Shown here: positions 48,603-59,872 of the stretch, piece by piece
How positions within the stretch are numbered: the first letter of the stretch is position 1
Layout of the letters: each line of letters begins with the position of its first letter
Assembly (NCBI GenBank): GCA_963805085.1
Contig: CAWDTA010000001.1
Location: forward strand, 64,001-128,000
Length of the DNA stretch: 64,000 bases
Source of the DNA: an uncultured Veillonellaceae bacterium
GTDB lineage: Bacteria > Bacillota > Negativicutes > JARBTT01
Reading direction: 5' to 3'
Program-made: the position numbers and the translations under genes
Notes under the pieces: generated by a model
What the model was told of the DNA's origin: nothing
Database searches by the model: none
Seen by the model: only the letters and a program-made list of their open reading frames with translations

Positions 48603-50645
48603 ATGGAACCAATGTTAGAGATGTTCATTTTTGAGACAAATCAAAACTTAGAACAATTAGAACAGATCACCATGAATAGCGAAAAAAGTGGAACCTTTAG
48701 TAGCGAAGAAATTAATGATATTTTTCGTATCATGCATACGATAAAAGGTTCATCCGCGATGATGCTGGTTAATGAAGTAGCAGCATTAGCGCATTCCATT
48801 GAGGATATTTTCTTTTATATGCGTGAAAATAAACCAGAAAATGTTGAATGTTCTACCCTCACGGATATTATTCTAGATTCGGCTGATTTTATTAAGGAAG
48901 AAATCAGCAAACTAGAAGTAGGAAAGCCAGCGGATGCGAGTGCTAGCTTACTAAGTGAGTCTACGAAGGCATTTTTAACAGAATTAAAAAAGAGCAATGG
49001 TGATATAGTTCAAGAAAAAACTCCTAAAAAGCCAGCTAAAAATCAACAATATTATATTGCATCGGAAAAAGCTTCAGATGAAGCAGAAGAGTTAAATGTC
49101 TTTTATGCAGTGATTAAATATAAAGAAAATTGCGAAATGGAAAATATTAGAGCATACACGGTGATGAATTCTATGCAAGATGTTGTAAAAGAAATTTACT
49201 GTTTACCTGATAATATTTTAGAAGATGATGATACTGCTTTTGAAATCCGTAGAAATGGCTTTAATATTTGGTTTACAACGACAAAAAGTTATGAAGAGAT
49301 CCACAACTTATTAGAAAAAACTATTTTTTTGCAGGAATTAGCGGTCAAGCAACTAGCTAGTGTCGAGGAATGTGAGTTTTGGCCAGTAAAAAAGGCAGTG
49401 GTTAAAGAAGTTGTTTTAGATGATGTACCAATCAAACCAATTTTAGTAGCTAAAAAATCGGAAGGTCACGATGTACACCAAACCATGATTAGTGTAAATG
49501 TAGTCAAACTCGATGTGCTCATGGATTTGGTTGGTGAACTGGTTATTGCTGAGGCAATGGTTACGCAAAATCCTGAACTTGCCGGGCTAGAATTGAAAAG
49601 CTTTCATAAAGCTTCACGGCAATTGAAAAAGATTAGTAGTGAATTACAAGATGGAGTTATGTCAATTCGCATGGTTCCACTTTCCGGTACTTTTCAAAAA
49701 ATGAATCGCATTGTGCGTGATATGTCAAAAAAACTAAATAAGCAAGTTGAACTAGTTCTTGTTGGTGAAGAAACTGAAGTAGATAAAAATGTGATTGAAC
49801 ATATTTCAGATCCTTTGATGCATTTGATTAGAAATTCGCTTGACCATGGGATCGAAATTCCCGAGGAACGGGTGAAAAATGGTAAAAACTCAATTGGTAA
49901 AATAACGTTAGAAGCAAAAAATGCTGGTAATGAAGTCGTTATTAATATTGTAGATGATGGTCAAGGATTAAATCGCGATAAAATATTAAAACGTGCAAGG
50001 GAAAATAATCTTATTTATAAAAGTGAAGCAGAATTAACGGATAAGGAAATTTACTCTTTTATTTTTTCACCGGGTTTTTCAACAAAAGAAGAAGTAACTG
50101 AATTTTCTGGCAGGGGCGTTGGTATGGACGTTGTTATGAAAAATATCAATGCCGTTGGTGGGACAATTTTAGTAAATAGTGAGCCGGGTAAGGGCAGTAT
50201 TATTACGCTTAAAATACCACTGACATTAGCGATTATTGCAGGAATGACTGTTAAGGTTGGTAATGCTAGCTATACGATTCCAATCGTATCAATTCGTGAA
50301 TCTTTTAGGCCCATTGAGCAAAATATCATACATGATCCAGATGGCAGTGAAATGATCATGGTTCGTGGGCAATGTTATCCAATTGTTCGGTTACATAAGA
50401 TTTATAATATTAGCACTGAAGTGACTGATTTTACAAAAGGAATCATCATTATGGTTGAAACAGAAAAAATGACGATTGGGATATTTGCCGACCAATTAAT
50501 CGGGCAACAACAAATTGTTGTAAAGCCGGTACCAATTTACATTAAAAATGTTTCAAGCATAGCTGGAATTACAGGCTGTACGCTCCTCGGTGATGGTAAT
50601 ATTAGTTTAATTTTAGACGCTGTTGGATTAATGAGTAAAATATAA
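48603..50645 (+). CDS. cheA: Chemotaxis histidine kinase
   Basis: MHTIKGSS Hpt, RNSLDHGIE, SGRGVGMDVV, CheW domain. Confidence 0.96.
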   Translation: MEPMLEMFIFETNQNLEQLEQITMNSEKSGTFSSEEINDIFRIMHTIKGSSAMMLVNEVAALAHSIEDIFFYMRENKPENVECSTLTDIILDSADFIKEEISKLEVGKPADASASLLSESTKAFLTELKKSNGDIVQEKTPKKPAKNQQYYIASEKASDEAEELNVFYAVIKYKENCEMENIRAYTVMNSMQDVVKEIYCLPDNILEDDDTAFEIRRNGFNIWFTTTKSYEEIHNLLEKTIFLQELAVKQLASVEECEFWPVKKAVVKEVVLDDVPIKPILVAKKSEGHDVHQTMISVNVVKLDVLMDLVGELVIAEAMVTQNPELAGLELKSFHKASRQLKKISSELQDGVMSIRMVPLSGTFQKMNRIVRDMSKKLNKQVELVLVGEETEVDKNVIEHISDPLMHLIRNSLDHGIEIPEERVKNGKNSIGKITLEAKNAGNEVVINIVDDGQGLNRDKILKRARENNLIYKSEAELTDKEIYSFIFSPGFSTKEEVTEFSGRGVGMDVVMKNINAVGGTILVNSEPGKGSIITLKIPLTLAIIAGMTVKVGNASYTIPIVSIRESFRPIEQNIIHDPDGSEMIMVRGQCYPIVRLHKIYNISTEVTDFTKGIIIMVETEKMTIGIFADQLIGQQQIVVKPVPIYIKNVSSIAGITGCTLLGDGNISLILDAVGLMSKI

Positions 50646-50671
50646 TATGTAGGTAATTGGAGTGGTAAGTT

Positions 50672-51157
50672 ATGGCTAAAGATATCAATGACTTCTACGA
50701 AGAAGATACACAAAAAGGAAAGTTTTTAACATTTGGTATTGGTAGAGAAGTATACGGTCTTGAAATTAGTGTTGTAACTGAAATTATCAGTATCCAAAAG
50801 ATTACAGAGATTCCTGAAGTTCCTGAGTATATTAAGGGAATTATAAATTTACGAGGGAAAATTATTCCGGTGATGGATGTGAGATTGCGTTTTAAGAAAG
50901 CGTTTAGAGAGTATACTGAACGCACTTGTATCATCGTAGTACAAGTGCACGAGCTAGCAATTGGCTTTATTGTCGACGATGTATCTGAAGTGATTTTTAT
51001 GAGTGACCAACAGATTGTTTCTAAGCCAGAAATTAAGTCGGCCCAAAACCAGTACATTAAAAATATTGGTAAAGTTGGTGCTGAAATAAAGTTAATCCTT
51101 GACTGTGAAAAAATGATTAGCGCTGATGATGAAACAATATTAATAAATTTAGAATAA
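50672..51157 (+). CDS. cheW: CheW adaptor 1
   Basis: KGIINLRGKIIPVMD. Confidence 0.93.
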   Translation: MAKDINDFYEEDTQKGKFLTFGIGREVYGLEISVVTEIISIQKITEIPEVPEYIKGIINLRGKIIPVMDVRLRFKKAFREYTERTCIIVVQVHELAIGFIVDDVSEVIFMSDQQIVSKPEIKSAQNQYIKNIGKVGAEIKLILDCEKMISADDETILINLE

Positions 51158-51243
51158 GAGTCATTTAAAATTCCACGTATTGCGCTCAGCAGTGCGGATT
51201 TTAATAAATATTCGTCTTAATCACGATAAAAGATAAGGAAGGG

Positions 51244-51732
51244 ATGAGTGCTGTGGCAGAAGGGGTAAATGAGCTTGAATTGGAAGAAGATACGCAGAAA
51301 GATAAATTTCTCACCTTTGAAATTGAAAAAGAAATCTATGGGATTGAGATTCAGCTAGTAACAGAGATTATAGGGATTCAACCAATTACCGAAGTGCCTG
51401 AAGTACCCAATTATGTAAAAGGGATCATTAATTTGCGGGGGAAAATTATCCCTGTGATGGATGTGAGATTGCGCTTTAAAAAAGAGTTCCGTGAATATAA
51501 CGATAGAACCTGCGTGGTTGTCATTGAAAATGAAAATATTGTTCTTGGTTTAATTGTTGATAGTGTAGCTGAAGTTTTAGTTATACCAGGGGAAAATATT
51601 GTGCCACCACCAGATATAAAGTCTTCAAAGAATAAATATATCAAAGGGATCGGAAAAGTTGGCGAAACGGTTAAACTCCTTATTGATTGCGATAAAATTT
51701 TTCATGAGCAAACGGCGGAAGGAATTCAATAA
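51244..51732 (+). CDS. cheW: CheW adaptor 2
   Basis: Close paralogue of the upstream cheW. Confidence 0.93.
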   Translation: MSAVAEGVNELELEEDTQKDKFLTFEIEKEIYGIEIQLVTEIIGIQPITEVPEVPNYVKGIINLRGKIIPVMDVRLRFKKEFREYNDRTCVVVIENENIVLGLIVDSVAEVLVIPGENIVPPPDIKSSKNKYIKGIGKVGETVKLLIDCDKIFHEQTAEGIQ

Positions 51733-51755
51733 ATTAAGAGTTGGAGGAATAGAAA

Positions 51756-53453
51756 ATGAATTGGTTAGCGAACATAAATGTGGGTAAAAAATTAATTGGT
51801 GCATTTGTTGGGATTGCTTTAATTGCTGCTTTAATTAGTGTGGTAGGTATTTATAATATGTATCAATTAGATAGCAAGTACAGTAGTGTTTATGAAAAAA
51901 CTGGCTTAGCGACAGGCAATATTGGGCAAATTGGTATGTATTTTAATGAATCACGTACTATTTATCGGGCAATTCTTATGGATAAAGATGAAAATGCAAG
52001 AGCAAAAAGTATCGCTAGATTAAAAGAACTTGATGTAGAGATAAGCAATACTTTAAATAAATTAGCAGAGAAACTTCAAACAGAACAAGGAAAACAAGAA
52101 TTTGTTGAGTTGAAAAAATCCATTGAACAATATAAAATTGGCCGTGACCGTAGTATTCAAATCGCCTTAGCACACAGAGAGGAAGAAGCTTTAGCTACAT
52201 TTATTCAAACTGGAGGAAGTCAATTAGCCGCAGATACTAATGATAAAGTGCAAGCAATGTCTAAGTTGGCGGAAGCTACTGGCATAAAAGCGTCGGCTGA
52301 TCTTTCTGAGCAAGCTCGTACGACAATGTATATCATGGCTATGGTAAGTATCGTTATTGTTATACTAGCAGTGATTTTAGGGATATATATTGCACGTTAT
52401 ATAAGTAAATCCATTGAAACTTTAATCATTGCGGCAAATAAAATTGCCAAGGGTGAGCTCAATGTTGAAATTGCAGTGAATAGCACCGATGAGTTCGGAG
52501 AATTATCGCAGGCTTTTCGGGAAATGACAGCAAATGTAAATGAAGCGATGACTAATATTAATTCTGCATCAGAACAAGTGGCAGCGGGGGCAAAGAATGT
52601 ATCTGATGCAAGTATATCGTTATCCCAAGGAGCAACAGAGCAAGCAAGCTCGGTAGAAGAATTGCTATCCTCACTAGAGCAAATTGCAGCGCAAACAAAA
52701 TTGAATGCGGGAAATGCTGATAAAGCAAATCAACTTACCAATACAGCACAAGATAATGCTGCCCATGGGAATGAAGATATGAAGCAAATGCTACATGCGA
52801 TGACTGCTATCAATGATTCTTCAGCAAATATTTCTAAAATTATTAAAGTTATTGACGAAATTGCCTTCCAAACAAATATTTTAGCATTAAATGCAGCGGT
52901 TGAAGCGGCTCGTGCTGGTCAACATGGCAAAGGCTTTGCAGTAGTAGCCGAAGAAGTTCGCAATTTAGCAGCGCGTTCTGCAAAAGCGGCGAAAGAAACG
53001 ACCGATATGATCGAAGGATCTATCCAAAAAGTAAATGATGGTACAAAAATTGCGAATAAAACAGCAGAAGCTTTAAATACAATCGTCAAGACAGTAACTG
53101 AAGTGGCAACTTTAGTAGAAGGTATTGCAACAGCCTCTAATGAGCAAGATATGGCACTTACACAAATCAATCAAGGGGTGGTGCAAGTATCTCAGGTTGT
53201 ACAGGCTAACTCAGCGACTTCAGAAGAAAGTGCAGCAGCTAGTGAAGAGCTGAGTGCCCAAGCAGAGCTATTAAAAGAAACAGTATCACAATTTAAATTA
53301 CAAGCTACAAATAGGATGAGTAATTTCCATAATGATAATTTTAACTCACAAAATTACGAAATGAAACGTTATGAACAAAAACAAGTAGCTAAAACCCTGC
53401 AAAGTAATCAACCTAAAATTGCATTAAGCGATGAGGAATTTGGCAAGTATTGA
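51756..53453 (+). CDS. Methyl-accepting chemotaxis protein (4HB + HAMP)
   Basis: [29 protein letters not shown]; C-terminal EFGKY. Confidence 0.95.
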   Translation: MNWLANINVGKKLIGAFVGIALIAALISVVGIYNMYQLDSKYSSVYEKTGLATGNIGQIGMYFNESRTIYRAILMDKDENARAKSIARLKELDVEISNTLNKLAEKLQTEQGKQEFVELKKSIEQYKIGRDRSIQIALAHREEEALATFIQTGGSQLAADTNDKVQAMSKLAEATGIKASADLSEQARTTMYIMAMVSIVIVILAVILGIYIARYISKSIETLIIAANKIAKGELNVEIAVNSTDEFGELSQAFREMTANVNEAMTNINSASEQVAAGAKNVSDASISLSQGATEQASSVEELLSSLEQIAAQTKLNAGNADKANQLTNTAQDNAAHGNEDMKQMLHAMTAINDSSANISKIIKVIDEIAFQTNILALNAAVEAARAGQHGKGFAVVAEEVRNLAARSAKAAKETTDMIEGSIQKVNDGTKIANKTAEALNTIVKTVTEVATLVEGIATASNEQDMALTQINQGVVQVSQVVQANSATSEESAAASEELSAQAELLKETVSQFKLQATNRMSNFHNDNFNSQNYEMKRYEQKQVAKTLQSNQPKIALSDEEFGKY

Positions 53454-53481
53454 GTTGAATATGTGATGGGATCTGTTGTAG

Positions 53482-54303
53482 GTGGATAAAATGATTTTAA
53501 TGACCAACCAAGAATTTGATATGCTAGCAGCATACATTAAACGAAAGTTTGGTGTGCATCTTGGACTAGAGAAAAAAACTTTAGTCCAAGGCAGACTACA
53601 TAAAATTATTGCGAGCATGAATTATACAAGTGTTAAGGAATATTATGAGTATTTAATCAACGAGCGCACAGGAAATGCTGATGTTGAGTTAGTGAATGCG
53701 ATTACTACCAATCATACCTTTTTTATGCGGGAGTCTAGTCATTTTGAATATTTTTCAGATCAGGTATTACCATACTTGTATAAAGAAGTTCAAGATCGTA
53801 ATCTTCGAACCTGGTGTGCCGCCTGTTCTACTGGCGAAGAATCCTATACATTAGCAATGCTGATCAATGATTTCTTTTCCATCAGGAGTCAAGGTTGGGA
53901 TACAAAATTGCTAGCAACTGATATCTCTGTCAATGCTTTAGATGTGGCTAGACAAGGAGTTTATTCAGCAGAATCGTTGGCTAGTATACCTAAAAAATGG
54001 CGAAATATATACTTTAAAAAACAAAATGAAAATGATTACCAAGTAATACCGATGCTAAAAAATGAAGTAATTTATCGTCAGTTTAATTTAATGAATGGAC
54101 AGTTTCCATTCAAGAAGAAGTTTCATACTATTTTTTGTCGAAATGTGATGATTTATTTTGACATCCCAACTAGGCAGGATTTGGTGAGAAAATTCTACGA
54201 CTATTTAGAACCTAACGGATATTTATTTATTGGTCATTCTGAAGTGTTAGATCGTAGCAATGCATTTAAGTGCATTATGCCGGCTGTCTATAGAAAGGAA
54301 TAG
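53482..54303 (+). CDS. cheR: Chemotaxis methyltransferase
   Basis: TTNHTFFMRE, CSTGEESY, FCRNVMIYF, GHSE. Confidence 0.95.
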   Translation: MDKMILMTNQEFDMLAAYIKRKFGVHLGLEKKTLVQGRLHKIIASMNYTSVKEYYEYLINERTGNADVELVNAITTNHTFFMRESSHFEYFSDQVLPYLYKEVQDRNLRTWCAACSTGEESYTLAMLINDFFSIRSQGWDTKLLATDISVNALDVARQGVYSAESLASIPKKWRNIYFKKQNENDYQVIPMLKNEVIYRQFNLMNGQFPFKKKFHTIFCRNVMIYFDIPTRQDLVRKFYDYLEPNGYLFIGHSEVLDRSNAFKCIMPAVYRKE

Positions 54304-54305
54304 CA

Positions 54306-55328
54306 ATGAAAAAAATTAGAGTTTTAGTTGTAGATGACTCCCTGGTAATTCGTGAAACGTTAGCACGAGGCTTATCGACCGATCCTATGATCGAAGTTGT
54401 GGCAACGGCAGTTGACCCCTTTGATGCTCGCGATAAAATTCTTGAATATAAGCCAGATGTAATGACGTTGGATATTGAGATGCCGAGAATGAATGGTATA
54501 GAATTTTTACGGAAACTGATGCCGCAATATCCATTGCCAACGATTGTTATCAGTGCTGTGAATGAGCATGTTTTTGAAGCGATCAATTTAGGAGCAATTG
54601 ACTTTGTCAGAAAGCCAGATGGACATTTATTTGTAGCCAATAAAGATTTTTTTGCGGATCTTATATTTAAGGTCAAAATTGCTTCAAATGCTAAGATTCA
54701 AAAGGTTGACGGCAAAGGGCATGCTCATACAGAACAAGTAACTTCACAAAATATTTCTAGTAAAATTATCGCGATTGGGGCATCTACTGGTGGAACTGTT
54801 GCTTTAACAAATGTGTTAACTGCTTTAGAGCCACCTTTACCTGGGATTGTCATCGTGCAGCATATCCCACCAGTTTTTTCCGAAATGTTTGCTAGGCGAC
54901 TTGATTCTATTAGTACCTTTGAGGTCAAAGAAGCTGCTGATGGAGACAGTATTACTCCTGGAAAAGTGTTGATTGCAGCAGGTAATCAACACATGAGAGT
55001 GAAAAAAATTGGTACACAAATAAAAGTTGAGTGTTTTGCAGGTGAAAAAGTAAATGGACATTGCCCGTCTGTTGATGTATTATTCAATTCCGTAGTAAGC
55101 TTTGGGGTAAATGCAGTGGGCGTAATTATGACGGGGATGGGCTATGATGGAGCAAAAGGTCTCTTAAACATGCGAAAAGCAGGGGCGAAAACAATTGGGC
55201 AAGATGAAAAATCGTCTGTTGTTTATGGTATGCCTAAGGTTGCGTACAACATTGGAGCTGTAGAATATCAGGTGTCATTAGAGCAAATACCTGATAAGAT
55301 TTGTTCACTGATAAGCAATTTAAAGTAG
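54306..55328 (+). CDS. cheB: Chemotaxis methylesterase
   Basis: GASTGG, VQHIP, PSVDVLF, TGMG.DG. Confidence 0.95.
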   Translation: MKKIRVLVVDDSLVIRETLARGLSTDPMIEVVATAVDPFDARDKILEYKPDVMTLDIEMPRMNGIEFLRKLMPQYPLPTIVISAVNEHVFEAINLGAIDFVRKPDGHLFVANKDFFADLIFKVKIASNAKIQKVDGKGHAHTEQVTSQNISSKIIAIGASTGGTVALTNVLTALEPPLPGIVIVQHIPPVFSEMFARRLDSISTFEVKEAADGDSITPGKVLIAAGNQHMRVKKIGTQIKVECFAGEKVNGHCPSVDVLFNSVVSFGVNAVGVIMTGMGYDGAKGLLNMRKAGAKTIGQDEKSSVVYGMPKVAYNIGAVEYQVSLEQIPDKICSLISNLK

Positions 55329-55336
55329 GTGACGAT

Positions 55337-58300
55337 ATGTTAGATAGGTTCCAAGAAGATAAAAAAATACTGATTGCTGATGTACTGGATTGTATTGGCG
55401 ATGGTGTCATTATGACGGATAGGCAAAGTAATATCCTTTATATTAATGATATGGCAACCAAAATTATTGGGGTAATAGAAAGTGAAGCTATTTATCAAGA
55501 GTTTTCCAGCATATGCTCAATTTATAATTTTGATACTGGTCGTGTTTTAGAAAACCCAGTGAAACGAGCAATTCTTAGTGGTGGGGTCATTGGATTAGAA
55601 AAAAATTCGGGTATTACGCGAAGTGATGGTAAAAAGATTTATTTATCAGCAACTTGTTCACCGATTCGCGATAGTAAAAAAAATATTGCCGGTGGTGTGG
55701 TAGTACTTAGAGATATCACGAAAATTCGTGATTTAGATGAACGTGTAAAAGATGAAAGCAACAGTTTGAAAACGATATTTAATGCTTCGCCTGTTGGCAT
55801 GGTTATTTTAGATGAGTTTGGTGCGATTGCTAATATTAATGATTCAGCCCTTAAAATTATGAATATTACTTTTAGCAATGCGATGAATAAACAATTTGGT
55901 GATGCATTTTTTTGTGACGGTAGTCAAGAAACAGAGTGTGGTTGTGGTGAAGGAAAAAAATGTAAAACATGCCCTTTTCAAGAAGCACTCAGAAAAGCTC
56001 TAGATGACAATCAAACCATTGGACAAATTGATGTGCAAGTTTGCTTTAAGCATCATGGAATTGAAGGTTACATTTGGCTAAGAATTAGTATTGCGCCTAC
56101 CAAAATAGGCGGTAAGAAAAATGTTGTCATTACCATGATTGATGTTACAGATAGTAAAGAAAAAGAGTTAGAAATGAAGAAATCGCGAGATTTTCATTTG
56201 CAGATTCTCAATAGTTTTCCAGGGCTTGTTTGGTGGGCTAAGGATAAAACTACGGTCTATGTAAATGAGCGTTATGAACAATTTACAGGAATGAAGAAAG
56301 AGCAGATGTATGGTGATAAGTGGACAGAGCTGATTCATCCTGAAGATCGGGACGACTACTTTTCTGGTTTTATCAATAATAACAATTATGATGCTGAAAT
56401 TCGTCTAAAACATAGAAATGGTAAATATAGATGGGTTTGGTGCATTAACCGGATTTTTTACGATATCAATGGGAAAGCAGATGGCAGCATCGGTATTGGT
56501 TTTGATGTCACCGATAAGAAAGAAATTGAAACAGCGATTGTGCATAGTCGGTCTCAATATCATTCTTTGTTTATGAATATGCATAGTGGTTTTACGTATA
56601 ATCAAATTATTGTTGATGAAAATAATCAGCCTATAGACTTTTTGTATTTAGAGTGTAATGATGATTATAAAAAAATTATGGGATTGCCTAATAAATCTCT
56701 AGTAGGAATAAAATTTTCAGAAGTTTTTCCAGACAGATTGAAAAGAAATTGTGGTTTAATTGAAAGATATGGGCAAGTTGCATTGGCGGGGGTTGGAAGG
56801 TTTAGTGAAGAGCTTTATTTTCCAAGCACCAACTGTTGGATAGCTTTATCGGTGTATAGTTTCGAAAAAGGTCATTTTGCGTCACTATGTACAGATATTA
56901 CTGAACGAAAGAGAACCGAAAAACAATTAAGACGGGCTAAAAAAGCGGCGGAGGAAGCAAATAAAGCAAAGAGCCAATTCTTGGCTAATATGAGTCATGA
57001 AATTAGAACACCAATTAACGGAATGGTTGGCATGATCGATTTGACGTTATTAACAGAGTTGACAGCGGAGCAACGGGGTAATCTGATTGTAGCGAAAAAT
57101 TGTGCGAACTTGTTGTTGGTGATTATAAATGACATTTTAGATTTTTCTAAGATGGAAGCTGGCAAACTTTATTTAGAAAATATTGGATTTGACCTAAGAG
57201 ATTCGATTGATGATATTGTGAAAACACATTCTGTGGAAGCAACGAATAAGGGGCTAGATTTTTCTTATACTTTATCTGCAAATATGCCACGATATATTTT
57301 GGGAGATCCAACGAGAATAAAACAAATTCTACATAATCTAGTTAGCAATGCGATTAAATTTACACATTTTGGCGGATTGTCATTACGTGTTAAGAAAACC
57401 AAAGATGAGAATGGTAAGGATTCTTTGGTTTTTGTTGTTGAAGATACGGGGATTGGTATTGATAAAGCAGGGATGCAAAAATTATTTAAAGTATTTAGTC
57501 AAGTGGATGGTTCGATTACTAGAAAATTTGGTGGAACGGGGCTTGGCTTGATGATCACCAAACAATTGGTTGAAATGATGGCTGGTCATATTTGGGTAGA
57601 AAGTATTAAAAATAAAGGGAGTAAATTTAGTTTTTCCATTCCATTTCAAGAAGTAGAAAAACCAGAGGTAACGGAATTTGCGCAAGGCAATGAAACCATA
57701 GTAACGAATAAGGCGAAATATATTTTACTCGTAGAAGATGATGCATTAAACCAGATTGTAGTCAGCAAGATGTTATTTAAAATGGGGTATGAAGTAGAAG
57801 TTGCAAGTAATGGAGTAGAAGCCATTACGTTATCGGAAAAAAACAAGTATGATTGTATCTTGATGGATATTCAAATGCCGGAACTTGGTGGTATCGAGGC
57901 TACGCAAAAAATTCGCGAGCGTGAAGCTAGCAGTGGACAAAATACTCCGATTATAGCGCTAACAGCGCATGCCCTCAAGGGCGACAGAGAAAAGTTTCTA
58001 TCTTATGGTATGGATGAGTATATAGCAAAACCAGTTGGCATGGAAGAACTAGATCACAAAATTAAATTGGTTTCTAGTAATGCCCTAGAATTGGTAACGG
58101 ATTGTAGTGATATTGCTGATATTTTAGAGTATTGTTATGAGGGGGAAAAAGCTGCCATAGGTGACGATACTAGCGAGGTTAGTGGAAAAGATGTAACACA
58201 AATGATGGATGCCCTAGAACAGAGCATTGATCAAGGAAATTTTGACGTGATTGAGCAACAAGCCGATCTTTTGAAAGAAACGTTCAAGGAAGTTTGTAGG

Positions 58301-58447
58301 GAAGATGACAAAGACTTGGCTTTTAAGATCCAGTTATCGGCGAGACGTGGTTCTATGGATGAAATTGCCAAAAATATGAGCTGTTTAAAATACTCTGTAA
58401 AAGATATTGTAAGAGATAATTTATTGCTCAAAGATAAACAAATTTAA
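55337..58447 (+). CDS. Cytoplasmic multi-PAS hybrid histidine kinase (HisKA-HATPase-REC, degenerate Hpt)
   Basis: Four PAS-like segments, MSHEIRTP, FGGTGLGL, MDIQMP. Confidence 0.9.
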   Translation: MLDRFQEDKKILIADVLDCIGDGVIMTDRQSNILYINDMATKIIGVIESEAIYQEFSSICSIYNFDTGRVLENPVKRAILSGGVIGLEKNSGITRSDGKKIYLSATCSPIRDSKKNIAGGVVVLRDITKIRDLDERVKDESNSLKTIFNASPVGMVILDEFGAIANINDSALKIMNITFSNAMNKQFGDAFFCDGSQETECGCGEGKKCKTCPFQEALRKALDDNQTIGQIDVQVCFKHHGIEGYIWLRISIAPTKIGGKKNVVITMIDVTDSKEKELEMKKSRDFHLQILNSFPGLVWWAKDKTTVYVNERYEQFTGMKKEQMYGDKWTELIHPEDRDDYFSGFINNNNYDAEIRLKHRNGKYRWVWCINRIFYDINGKADGSIGIGFDVTDKKEIETAIVHSRSQYHSLFMNMHSGFTYNQIIVDENNQPIDFLYLECNDDYKKIMGLPNKSLVGIKFSEVFPDRLKRNCGLIERYGQVALAGVGRFSEELYFPSTNCWIALSVYSFEKGHFASLCTDITERKRTEKQLRRAKKAAEEANKAKSQFLANMSHEIRTPINGMVGMIDLTLLTELTAEQRGNLIVAKNCANLLLVIINDILDFSKMEAGKLYLENIGFDLRDSIDDIVKTHSVEATNKGLDFSYTLSANMPRYILGDPTRIKQILHNLVSNAIKFTHFGGLSLRVKKTKDENGKDSLVFVVEDTGIGIDKAGMQKLFKVFSQVDGSITRKFGGTGLGLMITKQLVEMMAGHIWVESIKNKGSKFSFSIPFQEVEKPEVTEFAQGNETIVTNKAKYILLVEDDALNQIVVSKMLFKMGYEVEVASNGVEAITLSEKNKYDCILMDIQMPELGGIEATQKIREREASSGQNTPIIALTAHALKGDREKFLSYGMDEYIAKPVGMEELDHKIKLVSSNALELVTDCSDIADILEYCYEGEKAAIGDDTSEVSGKDVTQMMDALEQSIDQGNFDVIEQQADLLKETFKEVCREDDKDLAFKIQLSARRGSMDEIAKNMSCLKYSVKDIVRDNLLLKDKQI

Positions 58448-58517
58448 ACAGGGGTGTTCTAATGTTTCGTTTAACCAATCAAGCGTTTAAGTTTAATAAA
58501 TGAGGAGAGTGGCTTCG

Positions 58518-58913
58518 ATGAGAATATTAATTGCTGAAGACGATTTAATTAGTCGCAAATTTATTTCGAAGATTTTATCACAGTATGGCGAATGTGATGT
58601 TACGGTTGATGGTCAGGAAGCTTTGGATGCATATTTGCTAGCAGTCAAAGAGAAGAAGCCCTATGAGTTAATTTGTTTAGATATTATGATGCCGAAAATA
58701 GACGGAGTCAGAGTGTTAAAAGCGATCAGAGCTCTCGAAAAACAACAAGAAAATTCTACAACTAATCATGCAAAGATTATTATGCTTACTGCATTGGTGG
58801 ATAAAGAGTATGTAACAAAATCATTTGAAATAGGCTGTGAAGCTTATGCAACAAAGCCAATTGACACAGAGAAATTAGTTGAAGTATTGCAAAAATTAGG
58901 TCTGATAAAATGA
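58518..58913 (+). CDS. Single-domain response regulator
   Basis: IAEDD, CLDIMMP, TKP. Confidence 0.9.
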   Translation: MRILIAEDDLISRKFISKILSQYGECDVTVDGQEALDAYLLAVKEKKPYELICLDIMMPKIDGVRVLKAIRALEKQQENSTTNHAKIIMLTALVDKEYVTKSFEIGCEAYATKPIDTEKLVEVLQKLGLIK

Positions 58914-59104
58914 ATGAAAAATCAGCTAGCCTCTGCATGAGAGGTTAGCTGATTTTTTTGTCGAAAAGAAAAAGATATTGAATTTTAAAGTGGTAAAGGG
59001 TAAACTATGACTAATGCCATTTTCATTATTTCAACATATTTTCATAATGATACGTTAAAATAGACCTATCATTCAAGAACAATTATAGTAGAAGGAGCTT
59101 ATCA

Positions 59105-59695
59105 ATGGAAAGTTTAATAGAGTTATTGCTAGAATGGGGTCTATTAGGGTTAATTATTGCCGCATTCACGGAATCTTTTTGTTCGCCAATTTTACCAGAT
59201 GTGGTATTGTTACCATTGGCGTTAGCAAATCCCAATATGGCAATCTATTATGGTAGTGTAGCGACCGTTGTCTCGGTGTTAGGTGGTTTTATCGGTTATG
59301 CAATTGGACATAAATGGGGGATGCCAGTTGTCCATAAAGTAATGCCAGATAAGTATGCACATAAAATTCAGGAGTTTGCTGATAGTAAAAATGTTTCCTG
59401 GACGATTTTTCTAGCGGCAATGTCACCAATTCCTTATAAATTTGTGAGTATCTCCGCTGGTGCCTTTAATGTAAAATGGCCAGTATTTGTAATTGCTTCA
59501 CTATTAGGTAGAGCAAAACGATTTTTTCTCGAAGCCGTTGTTATCTATTATTTTGGGGAGCCTGCAGTACGTTATTTTCAAAATAATACGAAGGAGGTAA
59601 TGGCAATTTCTATTGCGCTTGTTCTTGCTTTAGGAGTGTGCGTGTACTTATATAAGCGCTATAAAAGAAGTAAAGTGCAACTTGATAGGATATAA
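59105..59695 (+). CDS. YqaA/DedA (VTT) family membrane protein
   Basis: ESFCSPILPD, SVLGG..GY, SPIPYK, GRA.RF. Confidence 0.88.
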   Translation: MESLIELLLEWGLLGLIIAAFTESFCSPILPDVVLLPLALANPNMAIYYGSVATVVSVLGGFIGYAIGHKWGMPVVHKVMPDKYAHKIQEFADSKNVSWTIFLAAMSPIPYKFVSISAGAFNVKWPVFVIASLLGRAKRFFLEAVVIYYFGEPAVRYFQNNTKEVMAISIALVLALGVCVYLYKRYKRSKVQLDRI

Positions 59696-59872
59696 ATTGA
59701 ATAATGCGTTGTTCCACAATGAATTATTGGATTGATGGAAAAGAACCTACATGTGATGCAGTCAGTGGGAATCATATGATAGGTTCTTTTTGTTTTAATT
59801 TCATTCATACAAAAGTTGTATTTTATTGTATAATGAATAGATAAAATACAGCGCAAGTCTAGGGAGAATTAT

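Noticed and set aside
50672-51732. DNA similarity between the two cheW genes as a repeat element
   Set aside because: Explained by ordinary paralogy.
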